Positions 17,070-26,833 of a DNA stretch of 64,000 bases are shown here, piece by piece. The notes under the pieces are model-generated. The model was not told where the DNA came from. It saw only the letters and a program-made list of their open reading frames with translations, and made no database searches. The stretch covers positions 37,073-101,072 of the forward strand of contig CANQLW010000001.1 in NCBI GenBank assembly GCA_947624805.1, written 5' to 3'. This DNA is from an uncultured Clostridia bacterium (GTDB taxonomy: Bacteria; Bacillota; Clostridia; Christensenellales; Borkfalkiaceae). The position numbers and the translations under genes were made by a program. The stretch's first letter is position 1, and every line of letters begins with the position of its first letter.

Positions 17070-19754
17070 TTATTCTTCTGCCTTGTAGAAATTGGTCAGA
17101 TTGTTCTTATAGCTTGCCGCAAAGCTCTCCCACTCGCCGTCGTTGTAGTTGACGATCATGTAGCGCGTGCCGCCGAAGCCCATGAAGATGTTGTAATCTT
17201 CGCTGAAGTGGCTGAACTTCGCGCCGAGCAGAGATGCGCTGTACTCGGAAGTCGTCATGATCGTGAAATACTTCTCGAGAATGAGCTTTTCCATGGCGGC
17301 AAGGAGTTCCATGCGCGCGCCCTCGGGGATCACACCCGCGCTCCAGTTATACGTCTCGGGAAGGCTGTAATTTACTGCAAGACCGTTGAGGCAGGCATAC
17401 CAGTTGAGCACGCTCATCGTGAGCTCTTCGCCCGCGCCCTCAAAGTCGCCGTAAGACGTGGGCATCGTGTAGGTGAAGGTCTCGGCGCTCGTATTCCACC
17501 ACGTGGAGTACATGAGCCTTGCAGTGGGATCGACATAGCACTGAAGGAATCCTTCGGGGTCGAACGCGCCGCCCGAGAAGCCCGTGCCGGCGGCAAATTC
17601 GTATGCGCCGCTCTTGAAGTCGTCTGCCCAGCTGTCGCCGAAGGAAGCGTCGAATGCGAGTTCGATCTTCCCTTCGAAAGATGTGCCCTTCGTGAGATCC
17701 TCGAAGAATTTCACGAAATAATCCCACTGGCGGCGTGTATTGTCATTGTCCGCAGAGGTACCGAACGTGATCGTGATCTTCTTGCTCTGGTCGTAGCCGT
17801 AATCGACATCGTTTCCGTCCGCGTCCTTGTTGGTCGTGAGCTGCGTCCATGCGCTTTCAAGGAGTTCCTTGGCGAGGGGACGGTTCATGCCGTTCATCGC
17901 CTCATAGGCTTCCTCATAGTCCGTGTAGGTGTTGACGCCGTCCGTCCACTTGCCATTGGAATCCTTCGAGAACCCATAGACGGAGAGCAGTCCCTCTTTC
18001 GCCTGCTGGGTGTCACGGTAGACGCCGCCGTTCTCTACGTCATAGTAGTAGCTCGGGCCGAGCAGGCCGTAGCAGGAAAGGTGCGAAGTGTAGCAGGTCT
18101 GGTTGTAATCGTCACGGTCGAGGAAGAGCGAGATCGCCTGACGGAAATCCTTGATGGCGAGGACGCTCGCATTGTGGCCGTTCGCCTTCAACCCTGCGAG
18201 GTTGGAATACAGGTTGATGCCGAAGCTGCCGGTCCCGGGCGCAAAGCGCGTGTACTTGGAGTTACGGTAATCGTCCTTGTGGCCGACATCGAGACCGATA
18301 TCATCGATATAGCCGCCGAGGAAGCTCATCCACTGGGTCGTGAGATTCTCGATCTTCTCGCAGTAGAACGCATCGATGTTATACTGACCTTTGTTGGTGT
18401 CGAGATTATAACCGTACCAGTTGGTATTGCGCTCGACCATATAGGACTTGCCGCCCTGGAAAGCTGTCAGTTTGTAGGGGCCCCAGCTTGCGCTCGTCGC
18501 AAGAGAGGTGTTGTAATCCGTCGTCCAGAGGGTGGAACCCGCCTGAGGCTCATGCTTGCAGGACTCATAGAGGCTCTTCTTGACGAGGGGAAGGCTCGAG
18601 AAGTTGTATGCCGCGAGATAGGAAAGCGTCACGCCGTCATCTTTGAAGAACTCGAAGGGCCTGTCGAGGCAGACAACGATATCGTAATCCCCTTCTGCGT
18701 AGATACCGACTTCGCTGAATTCCATTTCATCGAACACTGCGCCGAAGAAGGCCATTTCCTGCCATTCCTGATAAGCATAATCGCCTGCCTCCGCCGCATA
18801 TGCCGCCACATCATCATAGCCGTGCAACTGCGCGATGATATCCATCAGGAGATTCAACGATTCCTCGTTGAGTTTGACGATCCCCGTGACAGAATCAGCG
18901 TATGCCGCGAACAAGGAGGCAGCGCCGTAATCTGCAAGGCTCACACCCCAGTTGCCGCCGTCTGCCGGGTCGAGGATGACGAAATATGTATCTTCGCCCT
19001 TGGTGTAGGTATAATATCCGTCACTGTCCGTTTGAAGTTCGGAGTTGTTGAAGTATTCATCTTCGCCGAAATCTTCGCTGACGATGTGGTCTACGGCGCC
19101 GAGACGTCCGCCGTACAAATACTGTCTCGCGTTCCTGATTGGCGTGCCGTTATAATAGGTATTCGCACGCAGATTGAAGAACAGCGGGTCGAGCTGTTGC
19201 TCCATGGTATAGACGAAATCCTCGGCCTTGATCGCGGTGCCGTCGTCCCACTTGAGGTCGTGACGGAGGGTGATCTTCCAAGCGTAGCCGCCCGCTTCTT
19301 TCTGCTCCTCGGTGTAGCCCCACTTCGCATCGACCGTGGACGTAACGTCTTCGAGCGCGGTCGCCGCGGAATAGTTCACACTGAAGCTGCTGGGAACGAT
19401 CGCATCGGCATTGATGCTGCCGTCCGCCTTGAACTTGCCGCCCTTCGCTTCGTCGAACTCATAATCATATTCGAAGAAGGGAGAAACGATGTAGTCGAGG
19501 ATCTGCGTGTCGTTGTTGTCCGAATAGGTGAGCTCGTTCCAGTTGCTGGGCATGACCGTCGTATAGGTACGATACGTCACAGCGTTGGGATTTGTCACGG
19601 TGAAATCAGTCTTGCCGTCCACGGCGGGGTTGCTGCCGTCGCCGCTGTCGGGGCCGGGGTCTTCATTGCCGCCGCACGCCGCCATTCCGGCTACGGATGC
19701 GGAAAGAACCGCAGTGATCATAAAAGCCGCAATTCTTTTCCAGTACTTTGCCAT
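17070..19754 (-). CDS. Family-5 (Opp/Dpp-type) extracellular solute-binding lipoprotein, unusually large
   Basis: The start was reassigned to the ATG at 19754 (MAKYWKRIAAF...), preceded by ggaggt. The signal peptide ends in the lipobox GMAAC. Length is about 894 aa. It is the first gene of the ABC operon. Confidence 0.85.
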   Translation of the reverse strand: MAKYWKRIAAFMITAVLSASVAGMAACGGNEDPGPDSGDGSNPAVDGKTDFTVTNPNAVTYRTYTTVMPSNWNELTYSDNNDTQILDYIVSPFFEYDYEFDEAKGGKFKADGSINADAIVPSSFSVNYSAATALEDVTSTVDAKWGYTEEQKEAGGYAWKITLRHDLKWDDGTAIKAEDFVYTMEQQLDPLFFNLRANTYYNGTPIRNARQYLYGGRLGAVDHIVSEDFGEDEYFNNSELQTDSDGYYTYTKGEDTYFVILDPADGGNWGVSLADYGAASLFAAYADSVTGIVKLNEESLNLLMDIIAQLHGYDDVAAYAAEAGDYAYQEWQEMAFFGAVFDEMEFSEVGIYAEGDYDIVVCLDRPFEFFKDDGVTLSYLAAYNFSSLPLVKKSLYESCKHEPQAGSTLWTTDYNTSLATSASWGPYKLTAFQGGKSYMVERNTNWYGYNLDTNKGQYNIDAFYCEKIENLTTQWMSFLGGYIDDIGLDVGHKDDYRNSKYTRFAPGTGSFGINLYSNLAGLKANGHNASVLAIKDFRQAISLFLDRDDYNQTCYTSHLSCYGLLGPSYYYDVENGGVYRDTQQAKEGLLSVYGFSKDSNGKWTDGVNTYTDYEEAYEAMNGMNRPLAKELLESAWTQLTTNKDADGNDVDYGYDQSKKITITFGTSADNDNTRRQWDYFVKFFEDLTKGTSFEGKIELAFDASFGDSWADDFKSGAYEFAAGTGFSGGAFDPEGFLQCYVDPTARLMYSTWWNTSAETFTYTMPTSYGDFEGAGEELTMSVLNWYACLNGLAVNYSLPETYNWSAGVIPEGARMELLAAMEKLILEKYFTIMTTSEYSASLLGAKFSHFSEDYNIFMGFGGTRYMIVNYNDGEWESFAASYKNNLTNFYKAEE

Positions 19755-19931
19755 AATATATACCTCCATAAAATGAATTACCGATTCGGCGCTCCCCGCG
19801 GGAAGCGAATAAAGTTTTTATAGCACAAGCCGTGGCTTGTGCTGCCCCCTTTGCGTAGAAAAGGGGTGACCCTCTTTCTCGCCTGAAGATTTTATTCTAT
19901 TTTATTCATCGACCGTGAATCGATTTTTTTC

Positions 19932-19961
19932 ATTCTACATGAAAATATACACATTTGTCAA
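19932..19961 (-). promoter_or_regulatory. Candidate sigma-A promoter of the ABC importer operon
   Basis: Read on the minus strand: ttgaca (19956-19961), an 18-nt spacer, then tagaat (19932-19937). It lies in an AT-rich intergenic region about 170 nt upstream of the ATG. Confidence 0.4.
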
Positions 19962-20156
19962 ACGAAATTTCGTCGATTTTTGAATTTTTTCTAAAATTTT
20001 TTCTTTTGGTCATTCGTTTTAGTTATAGTTCTGCCTTTTTTTGTTAAATTTTATGGCGATTTTGCATTTTTCGCCCCATACCTGTATGCACCCGCAATTT
20101 TTTGATTCTAACATTCTGAAAATCTTTGCCTGTATAAATGATTCTTTTTGGGGCTC

Positions 20157-20275
20157 CCTACGGTCATCCTGAGCGTAGCGAAGGACCGCCCCGCGTCCTA
20201 CGGTCATCCTGCCCCCTTTTTAAGGGTGGGCAAGGGGGGTGACGAGCAAAGAAATCGTTCGAAACTAAAACAATC
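20157..20275. repeat. Mosaic GC-rich intergenic repeat (family copy R3)
   Basis: ctacggtcatcctgagcgtagcgaagga is followed by a second ctacggtcatcctg. It shares the gtcatcctgag core and the ...cgttcgaaac tail with other copies. Confidence 0.65.
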
Positions 20276-20325
20276 CCCCCATATAGGGAGGATTGGAAAA
20301 AACGCAAAGTGACTGTTATTGTCCG

Positions 20326-21234
20326 TTACTGCCTGTCGATGCCTTGCGTCATGCTGATGCCCGTCACATAGGCGTGGGAGAGGATCTCGCAATAGTGGCT
20401 GTCGTGGGCAAAGCCGAAGACAATCGAAATATCGTCCCGCTCCTGATGGGACTGTTCCCCCATCTTCTTGCCGTCGATATACACCTCATAAATCCCGCCC
20501 TTGAGGGACAGGCGCATATGGAACCGCGTGCCGACCGTCGCAACGGCTCTGCCGCCCAAATAGAAAGTGCCGCCGAGGTTGGTGATCTCCGCCTTGATGA
20601 TGCCAAGCGAGATGTACAGCTTTCCGCCCGGGTGAGGCTGGATCGTCGAGGTATTGATATCGCACTCGATCTCGAAATCGTCGCTTCTGCCGATGTTGTA
20701 GATGACGCCCTCGTCCATCTGGCTGACATGGTAGCCGTGGAATTCGATCTGCTTCTCGTTTGCGCTGACGTGCACGGGCACTTCGGTATAGGAACCGTAG
20801 GAGTGGGTCACGATCTTGTCGAATTTCTTCCATGTCACGTTGCTGAAGGTGACGATCTTGACTTCCTTGCCCTGCGCGAGGGTGATCTTCTCCCCGCTCC
20901 TGCCTCGCGTGGCCGTGGGAATGGAGTAGTCGATGACCATATTCTTGCAATAGACGCAGTCGAAGGCATATTTCATGCCCTTGGTGCAGGCGTGGTTGCG
21001 CGGAGAACAATTACAGCCGCCGACCGTCCTCGAACCGCATTTCAGGCAGGGCAACAGCGCGCCGTCCGTCTGGAATACGGGCTGTCTGATCTCGGAATAG
21101 ATCACGCTCGCTTCCTCATCGGTGAGATGTGTAAAGTTGACGACCCGCCATTCCGAGCCGAATTTTTTGATTTCCAAACCGTAATATTGCTTGCTCTTGT
21201 CGCAATATCCCTTGATGATCTTTGTGCCTTCCAT
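20326..21234 (-). CDS. Cys-rich (TerY-C-like?) metal-binding domain protein with a beta-rich C-terminal domain
   Basis: 302 aa. The cluster is CLKCGSRTVGGCNCSPRNHACTKGMKYAFDCVYCKN. It is the last gene of the PP2C-kinase operon, 18 nt after the preceding gene. Confidence 0.5.
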   Translation of the reverse strand: MEGTKIIKGYCDKSKQYYGLEIKKFGSEWRVVNFTHLTDEEASVIYSEIRQPVFQTDGALLPCLKCGSRTVGGCNCSPRNHACTKGMKYAFDCVYCKNMVIDYSIPTATRGRSGEKITLAQGKEVKIVTFSNVTWKKFDKIVTHSYGSYTEVPVHVSANEKQIEFHGYHVSQMDEGVIYNIGRSDDFEIECDINTSTIQPHPGGKLYISLGIIKAEITNLGGTFYLGGRAVATVGTRFHMRLSLKGGIYEVYIDGKKMGEQSHQERDDISIVFGFAHDSHYCEILSHAYVTGISMTQGIDRQ

Positions 21235-21252
21235 ATGTTTCCTCCTTAAAAA

Positions 21253-21666
21253 TTATAATAGCAACCAGATCATGACGCCGCTCGCCACTGCCCCGATGAC
21301 GGCGATCAGGATCACCGACCCGACACCCGTGCCGTCCGCCGGCAGCGAAGATCTCGAGATCATTCTGATGATCAGGAACACGCACGCGGTGATGACGACG
21401 ACGACCATGCTCACGGCGATCACGATATAGAGAAGGGTCGTGAGTCCGAGCGCCGCCCTCGGGTCCTGAGCGCCCGAGAGGAGGGATGTCAGAAAGGCGA
21501 GCGCGACGGCGGCAGCCATCGAACAGCCCTGCATCGCCCTGAGTCCGCGGCACCGCGCCGCCTTGTCCGACCGCGCGGCATAATTATTCAACCAAAGATA
21601 GACGACGGCGCTCCCGACGCTGATCACGTCGAGCAATACCGTCACGATAAACAGTAAAATCGTCAT
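21253..21666 (-). CDS. Small integral membrane protein (about 4 TM)
   Basis: 137 aa, almost entirely hydrophobic helices. Tightly packed in the PP2C-kinase operon. Confidence 0.55.
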   Translation of the reverse strand: MTILLFIVTVLLDVISVGSAVVYLWLNNYAARSDKAARCRGLRAMQGCSMAAAVALAFLTSLLSGAQDPRAALGLTTLLYIVIAVSMVVVVITACVFLIIRMISRSSLPADGTGVGSVILIAVIGAVASGVMIWLLL

Positions 21667-21687
21667 AACTTACTCCTTTCCTCCGGA

Positions 21688-22266
21688 TCAATGACTGAGG
21701 GCCCGTACGGTGACTTCGGAGAAGAAACTCCTCAGTGCTTCCGTTTTGACGACGGCGTTCTCCCTGATGACTTCCCAGATGGGGAAGGTCCCCGCGGCAG
21801 CCCGTGCGGAGAGAGACCCGCGCAGCGCGGTCAGGACGGGAGGGGCGGTGAGCGACTCGCGGATGCGGGCGCCCATGTAGGACAATACCGTCATACAGCC
21901 GTCGGCAAGGGACTGCCAGCCCTGTGCAAGGCGGGCGATCATAAACTCGGCATTTTCCGTAAAGTATTTATAGGCATCCCCTGCGAAGACGGAGATGAGT
22001 CCGCCCGTGAAGACAGCGACGCCCAAAATGATGAGTATGATCTCAAAGGCGAGGTAGACCTTTGTCGCCAGAATGTCCGAGAGGCTGCTCGCACGCGCCG
22101 TGCGTTTGATCCCCCGCTTCGCGCTTGCCACTCTGCGTTTGATCTCCCGCTTCGCCTTCGCCTCCTTGCGGACAGATTTCTTGGTCCGCTCCTCGCCGCA
22201 GACAAAACAGACGGTATCGGAATCGTCTTCGTTCACGGAGGAACAGTTTTCACATATCCAGCTCAC
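21688..22266 (-). CDS. Zinc-ribbon membrane protein
   Basis: The N-terminus WICENCSSVNEDDSDTVCFVCGEER has a CxxC...CxxC pattern. A basic linker follows, then the TM helix YLAFEIILIILGVAVFTGGLISVF. Confidence 0.6.
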   Translation of the reverse strand: MSWICENCSSVNEDDSDTVCFVCGEERTKKSVRKEAKAKREIKRRVASAKRGIKRTARASSLSDILATKVYLAFEIILIILGVAVFTGGLISVFAGDAYKYFTENAEFMIARLAQGWQSLADGCMTVLSYMGARIRESLTAPPVLTALRGSLSARAAAGTFPIWEVIRENAVVKTEALRSFFSEVTVRALSH

Positions 22267-22281
22267 GTTCCGCCTTCTTCC

Positions 22282-23841
22282 TTACTTTTTCTTGACGAAG
22301 CCGAGCATCTTGAGCGTTTCGATCGTCATGAAGCGCAGTTCTCCGCTCGTCTTGATGAGCGAATACCCCTGCACGCCCTTTCTCTCCTCTCTTCCGATGC
22401 CCTTGTAGCCGCCGCCCGTGACGGCGTCCATATCGTAGCAGTAATCGGAATCCTTGTCCCAGAGCGTCCCGTCGTCCACGACTTCCCGCGGCGCCGCGGG
22501 AGCGAGAGCAGGGGCGGGAGCGGGCTTTGCGGGTGCGGCTCCGCCCGCGCGCGTTGCAAAGCCGAGCAGCACAAGCGTTTCGACGGTGAACCTTCTGGCG
22601 ACGCCGTCCGATTTATACAGATTGTAGCACTTCGTGCCCTTGTAGTCGAACTGCGCGGAAGCGACATAGCCGCCTGCACGGAGTTTTCCCTCGTCAAAGG
22701 TGATCCCGTGTTCGGGCCATGCGGCGCAGAATCCCGCGGGTTTGGGAGCGGGCGCGGGCGCAGGCGCAGGGGCGGGCGCAGGCCTTGCTGCCGTACTCGT
22801 AGCCGAATATGTGCTGCGCGGCGCGGCTGCGGCCGTAGCCTCTTCCTCCGTCTCTCCTTCGATGGCGACGGCGCCGTCCTTCTTGAGGGGGATGACCGTC
22901 TTGGTTTTGAGGACTTCGAGCACTTCCTGTGCGCTCGGACGGTCTTCGGGCTCGAGCTGGATCATCGCCGCGATCAGATGGCGCAGATACTTGTCCTTGA
23001 TGGCGCTGCTCACGACCAGCTTTGCCCCTGCGAGCTGTGCCTCGCAGCAGTAGACGGTCTTCCCGCTCTCCTCGCGTTCCTTGAGCGCTCCGCTCAGTCC
23101 CACGATCTTGGGGTGGAGCCCCTTCTTGTGCCGCTTTCCGTCGGAGCCCGTGACATCCTCCGTCACGAGATAGTCATGGAAGACGAGCCCGAGGGAGTAG
23201 ACGTCCGATTTGAGGGAAAGATTGGCGATGACCTCGTCGGCGAGATCATACATAAAGCACTGGGCGAGTTCGGGGGACATGAAGCTCTGGTCGCCGCCGA
23301 GCTCGTCGGGGCGGATCGCTTCGACGAAATAGCTCCTGTCGAAGTCGATGATCTTCGCAACGGCCTTCCCCGAAGAATTTCTTGCCGCGAGAATATTCGT
23401 CCGCTTTAGGTCGCTGTGGACGATCTTCTTTCTGTGGATGCTCATGAGCGCGCCCGCGGCGGTCAGCATGATGAAGAGCACGTCGGACTGGGGCAGGGAG
23501 AGGATCTCCTCGTCCTCGATGAGGTTATCGACGAACTCCGTCGCTTCGATATAATAGATATCGTCCACGAACCAGTCGGTCGGCAGGATGATGTTCCCGC
23601 CCGGGCCTGCGAGGCTCCCGAGCGCCTCATTGATCTTGATCCTGTTCCCCTTGAAATCGTTGAACTCCCGCTCCATTTTTGCATAGAGCTTGGGGGAGGT
23701 CGAGTCGTCGTGGCGAGGCATCTTGTATTCGCCGTAGCGTTTGAGGAAGAAGCGCTTGCCGCCCTTCGTCCCCAGCGCCGTATGTCCCATGTTGGAGACT
23801 TTCCATGCGTCCTCTTCTACTTCATAGCCGTGTATATTCAT
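22282..23841 (-). CDS. Ser/Thr protein kinase (TerY-P triad kinase) with a duplicated C-terminal domain
   Basis: The catalytic loop is VHSDLKRTNIL and the DFG-equivalent is IIDFDRS. The conserved Lys lies in FFLKRY. SPELA is present. The C-terminus has two ~64-aa repeats separated by Pro/Ala linkers. Confidence 0.85.
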   Translation of the reverse strand: MNIHGYEVEEDAWKVSNMGHTALGTKGGKRFFLKRYGEYKMPRHDDSTSPKLYAKMEREFNDFKGNRIKINEALGSLAGPGGNIILPTDWFVDDIYYIEATEFVDNLIEDEEILSLPQSDVLFIMLTAAGALMSIHRKKIVHSDLKRTNILAARNSSGKAVAKIIDFDRSYFVEAIRPDELGGDQSFMSPELAQCFMYDLADEVIANLSLKSDVYSLGLVFHDYLVTEDVTGSDGKRHKKGLHPKIVGLSGALKEREESGKTVYCCEAQLAGAKLVVSSAIKDKYLRHLIAAMIQLEPEDRPSAQEVLEVLKTKTVIPLKKDGAVAIEGETEEEATAAAAPRSTYSATSTAARPAPAPAPAPAPAPKPAGFCAAWPEHGITFDEGKLRAGGYVASAQFDYKGTKCYNLYKSDGVARRFTVETLVLLGFATRAGGAAPAKPAPAPALAPAAPREVVDDGTLWDKDSDYCYDMDAVTGGGYKGIGREERKGVQGYSLIKTSGELRFMTIETLKMLGFVKKK

Positions 23842-25922
23842 AGCGTTGTCTCCTTATAAAGTCTCTTGTAGATCTCCTCGTACTTTGCATACAGCCGTTC
23901 ACGGAGTTTATAGTTCTTGTCCGCCTCGGCATATTGTGCATAAAGCTCCGCGATCTTTCCGACCTTGGTGCCCAATTCTTCGTCCGTCAGGATCTCCTTG
24001 TGCGCCGCGGCGAAGTCTGCGATGAGCTTGGCGGTCTCCGCCTCCCAGAACCTGATGCAATACTTCTCGGGCAGGCCGCCGATCTCGTCCGTCACCATTT
24101 TCAGCGTCTTCTTCTTCTCGCGGTAACGCCCGATCTTGTCGGACAGATATATCCGAAGCCCGGAGGGCATCGAGATGGTCTCAAAGAATCCGTCCTCCGT
24201 GCAGAGCTTTCTCGTGAGCACGGCGATCGCCTTTTCCGCGGCGGGCGTTTTGACGTTCTTCTCGTTGAAGCTGTTGAATTCCTCGAGCGCCTTCTTATAC
24301 AATTTATAATCTTTACGGTTGCCCGTCGCCGCGATGGAGCCGAGTTTCTGCGCCGCCGATAAGGCAGATTTGAGCGCTTTGGAGACGACTTCGAGCGCGG
24401 GATCCCCCTCTGCGGCCTTGTCGATGTCGAGCAGGAGTTCTTTCTTCGCGAGGACATCCCGAACGCTCGTCTCGAGGATCTCGAGGTTCAGCTTGGTCTC
24501 GCCGATGATATTCCCGCGGATCTCGTTGACCTTGCTCTCGAGGCTCTTTGCCTTCGTGATCTCCCTGTCGGGCTTGGACGGGCCCCCTTCGATGGGGATC
24601 TGAATGAAATAGGGATCGCGCAGCCAGTGGTAAGTCACCTTATCCTTGACGAGCTTTTCAAGCTCTTTGATGTCCGCTATGCAGCCGTTTTCCCTCGTAC
24701 TCAGCGTTTCGAGCTCCTCATTATAGGGCGCAAAATGCCCTTGGCGGATGGCGTCTTTGACGAAATCGCAGACCTCCTCCCGTTCGATGAGCTTGTCCCT
24801 GACGGCATAGACGGCGCCCTCGAGCTGTCCCTCGAGCATCTCGCGCTCGCCGCTGTAATCCTGTTCGAGGATCCCCGGCAGTTCGGCGACATAGTCGCTG
24901 TCGATCTTTGCAAGACGGGCATCGATCGCCTCCTTGACGGCGGCGTAATCCGCAAAGCCGTAGGCGAGGAGTCCCATCGTGTTGCTGTCGTCGTGGTTCC
25001 CGATATCTCCGAAGCACTTGTCGAGCGCCTCGGCGGCCCCGTTGAACCCGTCTGCATTTTTCAGGGAATCCAGGAAGACGTATTCGAGGTCGATCGGGGA
25101 GGCGAAGCACTGGCATTTATAGCATCCGTCCGTCGCATTGAAGAGCAGGACGGGCTTGGGGACCTTGACGAGTCTCCCCTCGAGCGTGAAGGGCTTGGTG
25201 AGGGTGACGAGGTTGAACATCGTCTCGTCCCGCTCGTGGTCCTCGGTGATCTGGCCGAGCCCGTTTGCGTCCCAGAGATACCCCCGCGAGTCGCCCGCCC
25301 AGAGATAGAGGACGTCGCAATCCGTCTCGTGCTCGTCGACGAGGGCGATGACGAGGGTGGAGGGCAGAAGGTAGGAGCCCTTCGTCTTGGATTCGAGCTC
25401 GAGCCCCATGCGCTCCGCGACGCGGCGGAGCTTCTTTTCGAGTTCTGCGGCGAGGTTTTTCCCGATCTCCGCCGCATAGGCAGCGGCCTCCTCTTCCGTC
25501 TTCTCCCGAAGCGCGGCAAAGAGCTTGTCCTTTGCGAACTGCGGATCGAACCTGAGTTCGTAGAGCGCGATCGCCGTCACGAGACGGGAGGCGAAATACC
25601 CGCTCGTCCGCTTGCCGTTGGGTTCCTTTTGATAGACGTCTTTGAGCTCGAAGAGTTCGCGGAAGCTCTTGAGAACGAACTCCCGATAGGCTTCGTCGGC
25701 ATCATCGAATGCCTTGCCGAAGGCGACGCCGAAAAACTTGTCTCTGTCGAGCGCGTCGGGGTTGAGCTTCGTGTGCGGATAGCCGCCTCTTCCCCCCAAG
25801 CCGTCTGCGACGATGATGATCCCGTCCGAGGCATAGGGATAGCCGTCTTCCCCGACGAGCACTTTCTGCCCTGTGCCGAGCATACGGTGCTTCTGATGCT
25901 GCATCTGCATCTGCATGATCAT
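23838..25922 (-). CDS. PP2C-family protein phosphatase (TerY-P triad phosphatase) with a long helical C-terminal extension
   Basis: IIIVADGLGGRGG, LWAGDSRGYL, LLFNATDGC and GNHDDSNTMGL are PP2C motifs in the first ~330 aa. About 360 further residues are charged and helical. A 4-nt overlap links it to the kinase gene. Confidence 0.85.
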   Translation of the reverse strand: MIMQMQMQHQKHRMLGTGQKVLVGEDGYPYASDGIIIVADGLGGRGGYPHTKLNPDALDRDKFFGVAFGKAFDDADEAYREFVLKSFRELFELKDVYQKEPNGKRTSGYFASRLVTAIALYELRFDPQFAKDKLFAALREKTEEEAAAYAAEIGKNLAAELEKKLRRVAERMGLELESKTKGSYLLPSTLVIALVDEHETDCDVLYLWAGDSRGYLWDANGLGQITEDHERDETMFNLVTLTKPFTLEGRLVKVPKPVLLFNATDGCYKCQCFASPIDLEYVFLDSLKNADGFNGAAEALDKCFGDIGNHDDSNTMGLLAYGFADYAAVKEAIDARLAKIDSDYVAELPGILEQDYSGEREMLEGQLEGAVYAVRDKLIEREEVCDFVKDAIRQGHFAPYNEELETLSTRENGCIADIKELEKLVKDKVTYHWLRDPYFIQIPIEGGPSKPDREITKAKSLESKVNEIRGNIIGETKLNLEILETSVRDVLAKKELLLDIDKAAEGDPALEVVSKALKSALSAAQKLGSIAATGNRKDYKLYKKALEEFNSFNEKNVKTPAAEKAIAVLTRKLCTEDGFFETISMPSGLRIYLSDKIGRYREKKKTLKMVTDEIGGLPEKYCIRFWEAETAKLIADFAAAHKEILTDEELGTKVGKIAELYAQYAEADKNYKLRERLYAKYEEIYKRLYKETTL

Positions 25923-26036
25923 AACGGTTCCTCCAAAACTTCGATTTATCGGAAGCCGTCCCGCGCCGCGCGGCGCAAAACGGCATTATGTGCAAAATTG
26001 GTTGCTAAAATTTCAGAAAATGGCTACAAAAACCGC

Positions 26037-26100
26037 TTCCCCGACGGGAAGGCCTTTGTAAACTGAAAAAACGAAAACGGGAAGGCGGGAAAGTCCCGCC
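26037..26100 (-). terminator. Two consecutive hairpin + T-tract structures downstream of the vWA gene
   Basis: Hairpin ggcggga/tcccgcc (26084-26100) is followed on the minus strand by ttcccgttttcgttttttc. A second hairpin, cttcccc..gggaagg (about 26037-26053), is followed by cggtttttg. Confidence 0.55.
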
Positions 26101-26115
26101 TCCCCTTCGGTTGCG

Positions 26116-26802
26116 TCAGATGGATTTGACGAGCAGGTGGATGCAGGTCTCGATATCCGTATCGTCACAGCCTGAACCCGCCTTGGATGCCGTATGGAAG
26201 GTGTTGGTCCAGTCGACCATGTCGGACCACGGTTCCATATCGGGCGCGAAGACAAGGAGACGCTTTGCACGCTTCTCCATGATCTGGCCTTCCCAGAGAT
26301 CTCTCAGTTCGGAAAGATCCTTGGGCATATCCGAGGGATAGGAAGCGCTTCCCGATCTCGTGCCGAGCGGAAGTGCGGATGCGTCCGTGTACATGATGAT
26401 GACGTGACGTCTCACGGCGCCCGTTCTCACCCAGTCGGACTTCATGGCGAGCGCCAGAGCCTCGAGCGAGTTCTCGGGTTCATCGCCGCCGCCCGATGCT
26501 TCGATCCCGTCCACGAAGTTGTGGAAGGCGTCGTTGTCCTCATCGAGCACGAAGAAGGGCGATTCGACCATGGGCTGGGTGTCCACGCCGTAGTCACGGA
26601 AGGCGATGACCTTCACGCGAAGCTGCGCGACGGCCTTGGGCGGATCCTGCGCGTTCATTTCGGCGACGAATTTCTGATAGAAGGAGAGCGCGTTGCTCTT
26701 GACTTCGTCGATGATCGACGCCATACTTCCCGTCGCATCGATGCACATGACGATGTCGACATTGTACTCCAGACCTTGTCCTACCGGTTTTGCGATTGGC
26801 AT
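26116..26802 (-). CDS. von Willebrand factor A domain protein (TerY-like)
   Basis: 228 aa. The MIDAS motif is DIVMCIDATGSM (DxSxS-type). The layout is a typical vWA beta-alpha pattern. RBS ggagga lies upstream. Confidence 0.85.
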   Translation of the reverse strand: MPIAKPVGQGLEYNVDIVMCIDATGSMASIIDEVKSNALSFYQKFVAEMNAQDPPKAVAQLRVKVIAFRDYGVDTQPMVESPFFVLDEDNDAFHNFVDGIEASGGGDEPENSLEALALAMKSDWVRTGAVRRHVIIMYTDASALPLGTRSGSASYPSDMPKDLSELRDLWEGQIMEKRAKRLLVFAPDMEPWSDMVDWTNTFHTASKAGSGCDDTDIETCIHLLVKSI

Positions 26803-26833
26803 TTGTTGTTATCCTCCGTAATGTTTTATTTTT

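Noticed and set aside
16740-19823. 1027-aa plus-strand ORF opposite the solute-binding protein gene
   Set aside because: It is an antisense shadow ORF, typical of high-GC coding DNA. Its composition is R/G/D/E/V-rich low complexity, with no motifs and no RBS. The minus-strand gene has a clear lipoprotein signal and operon context.
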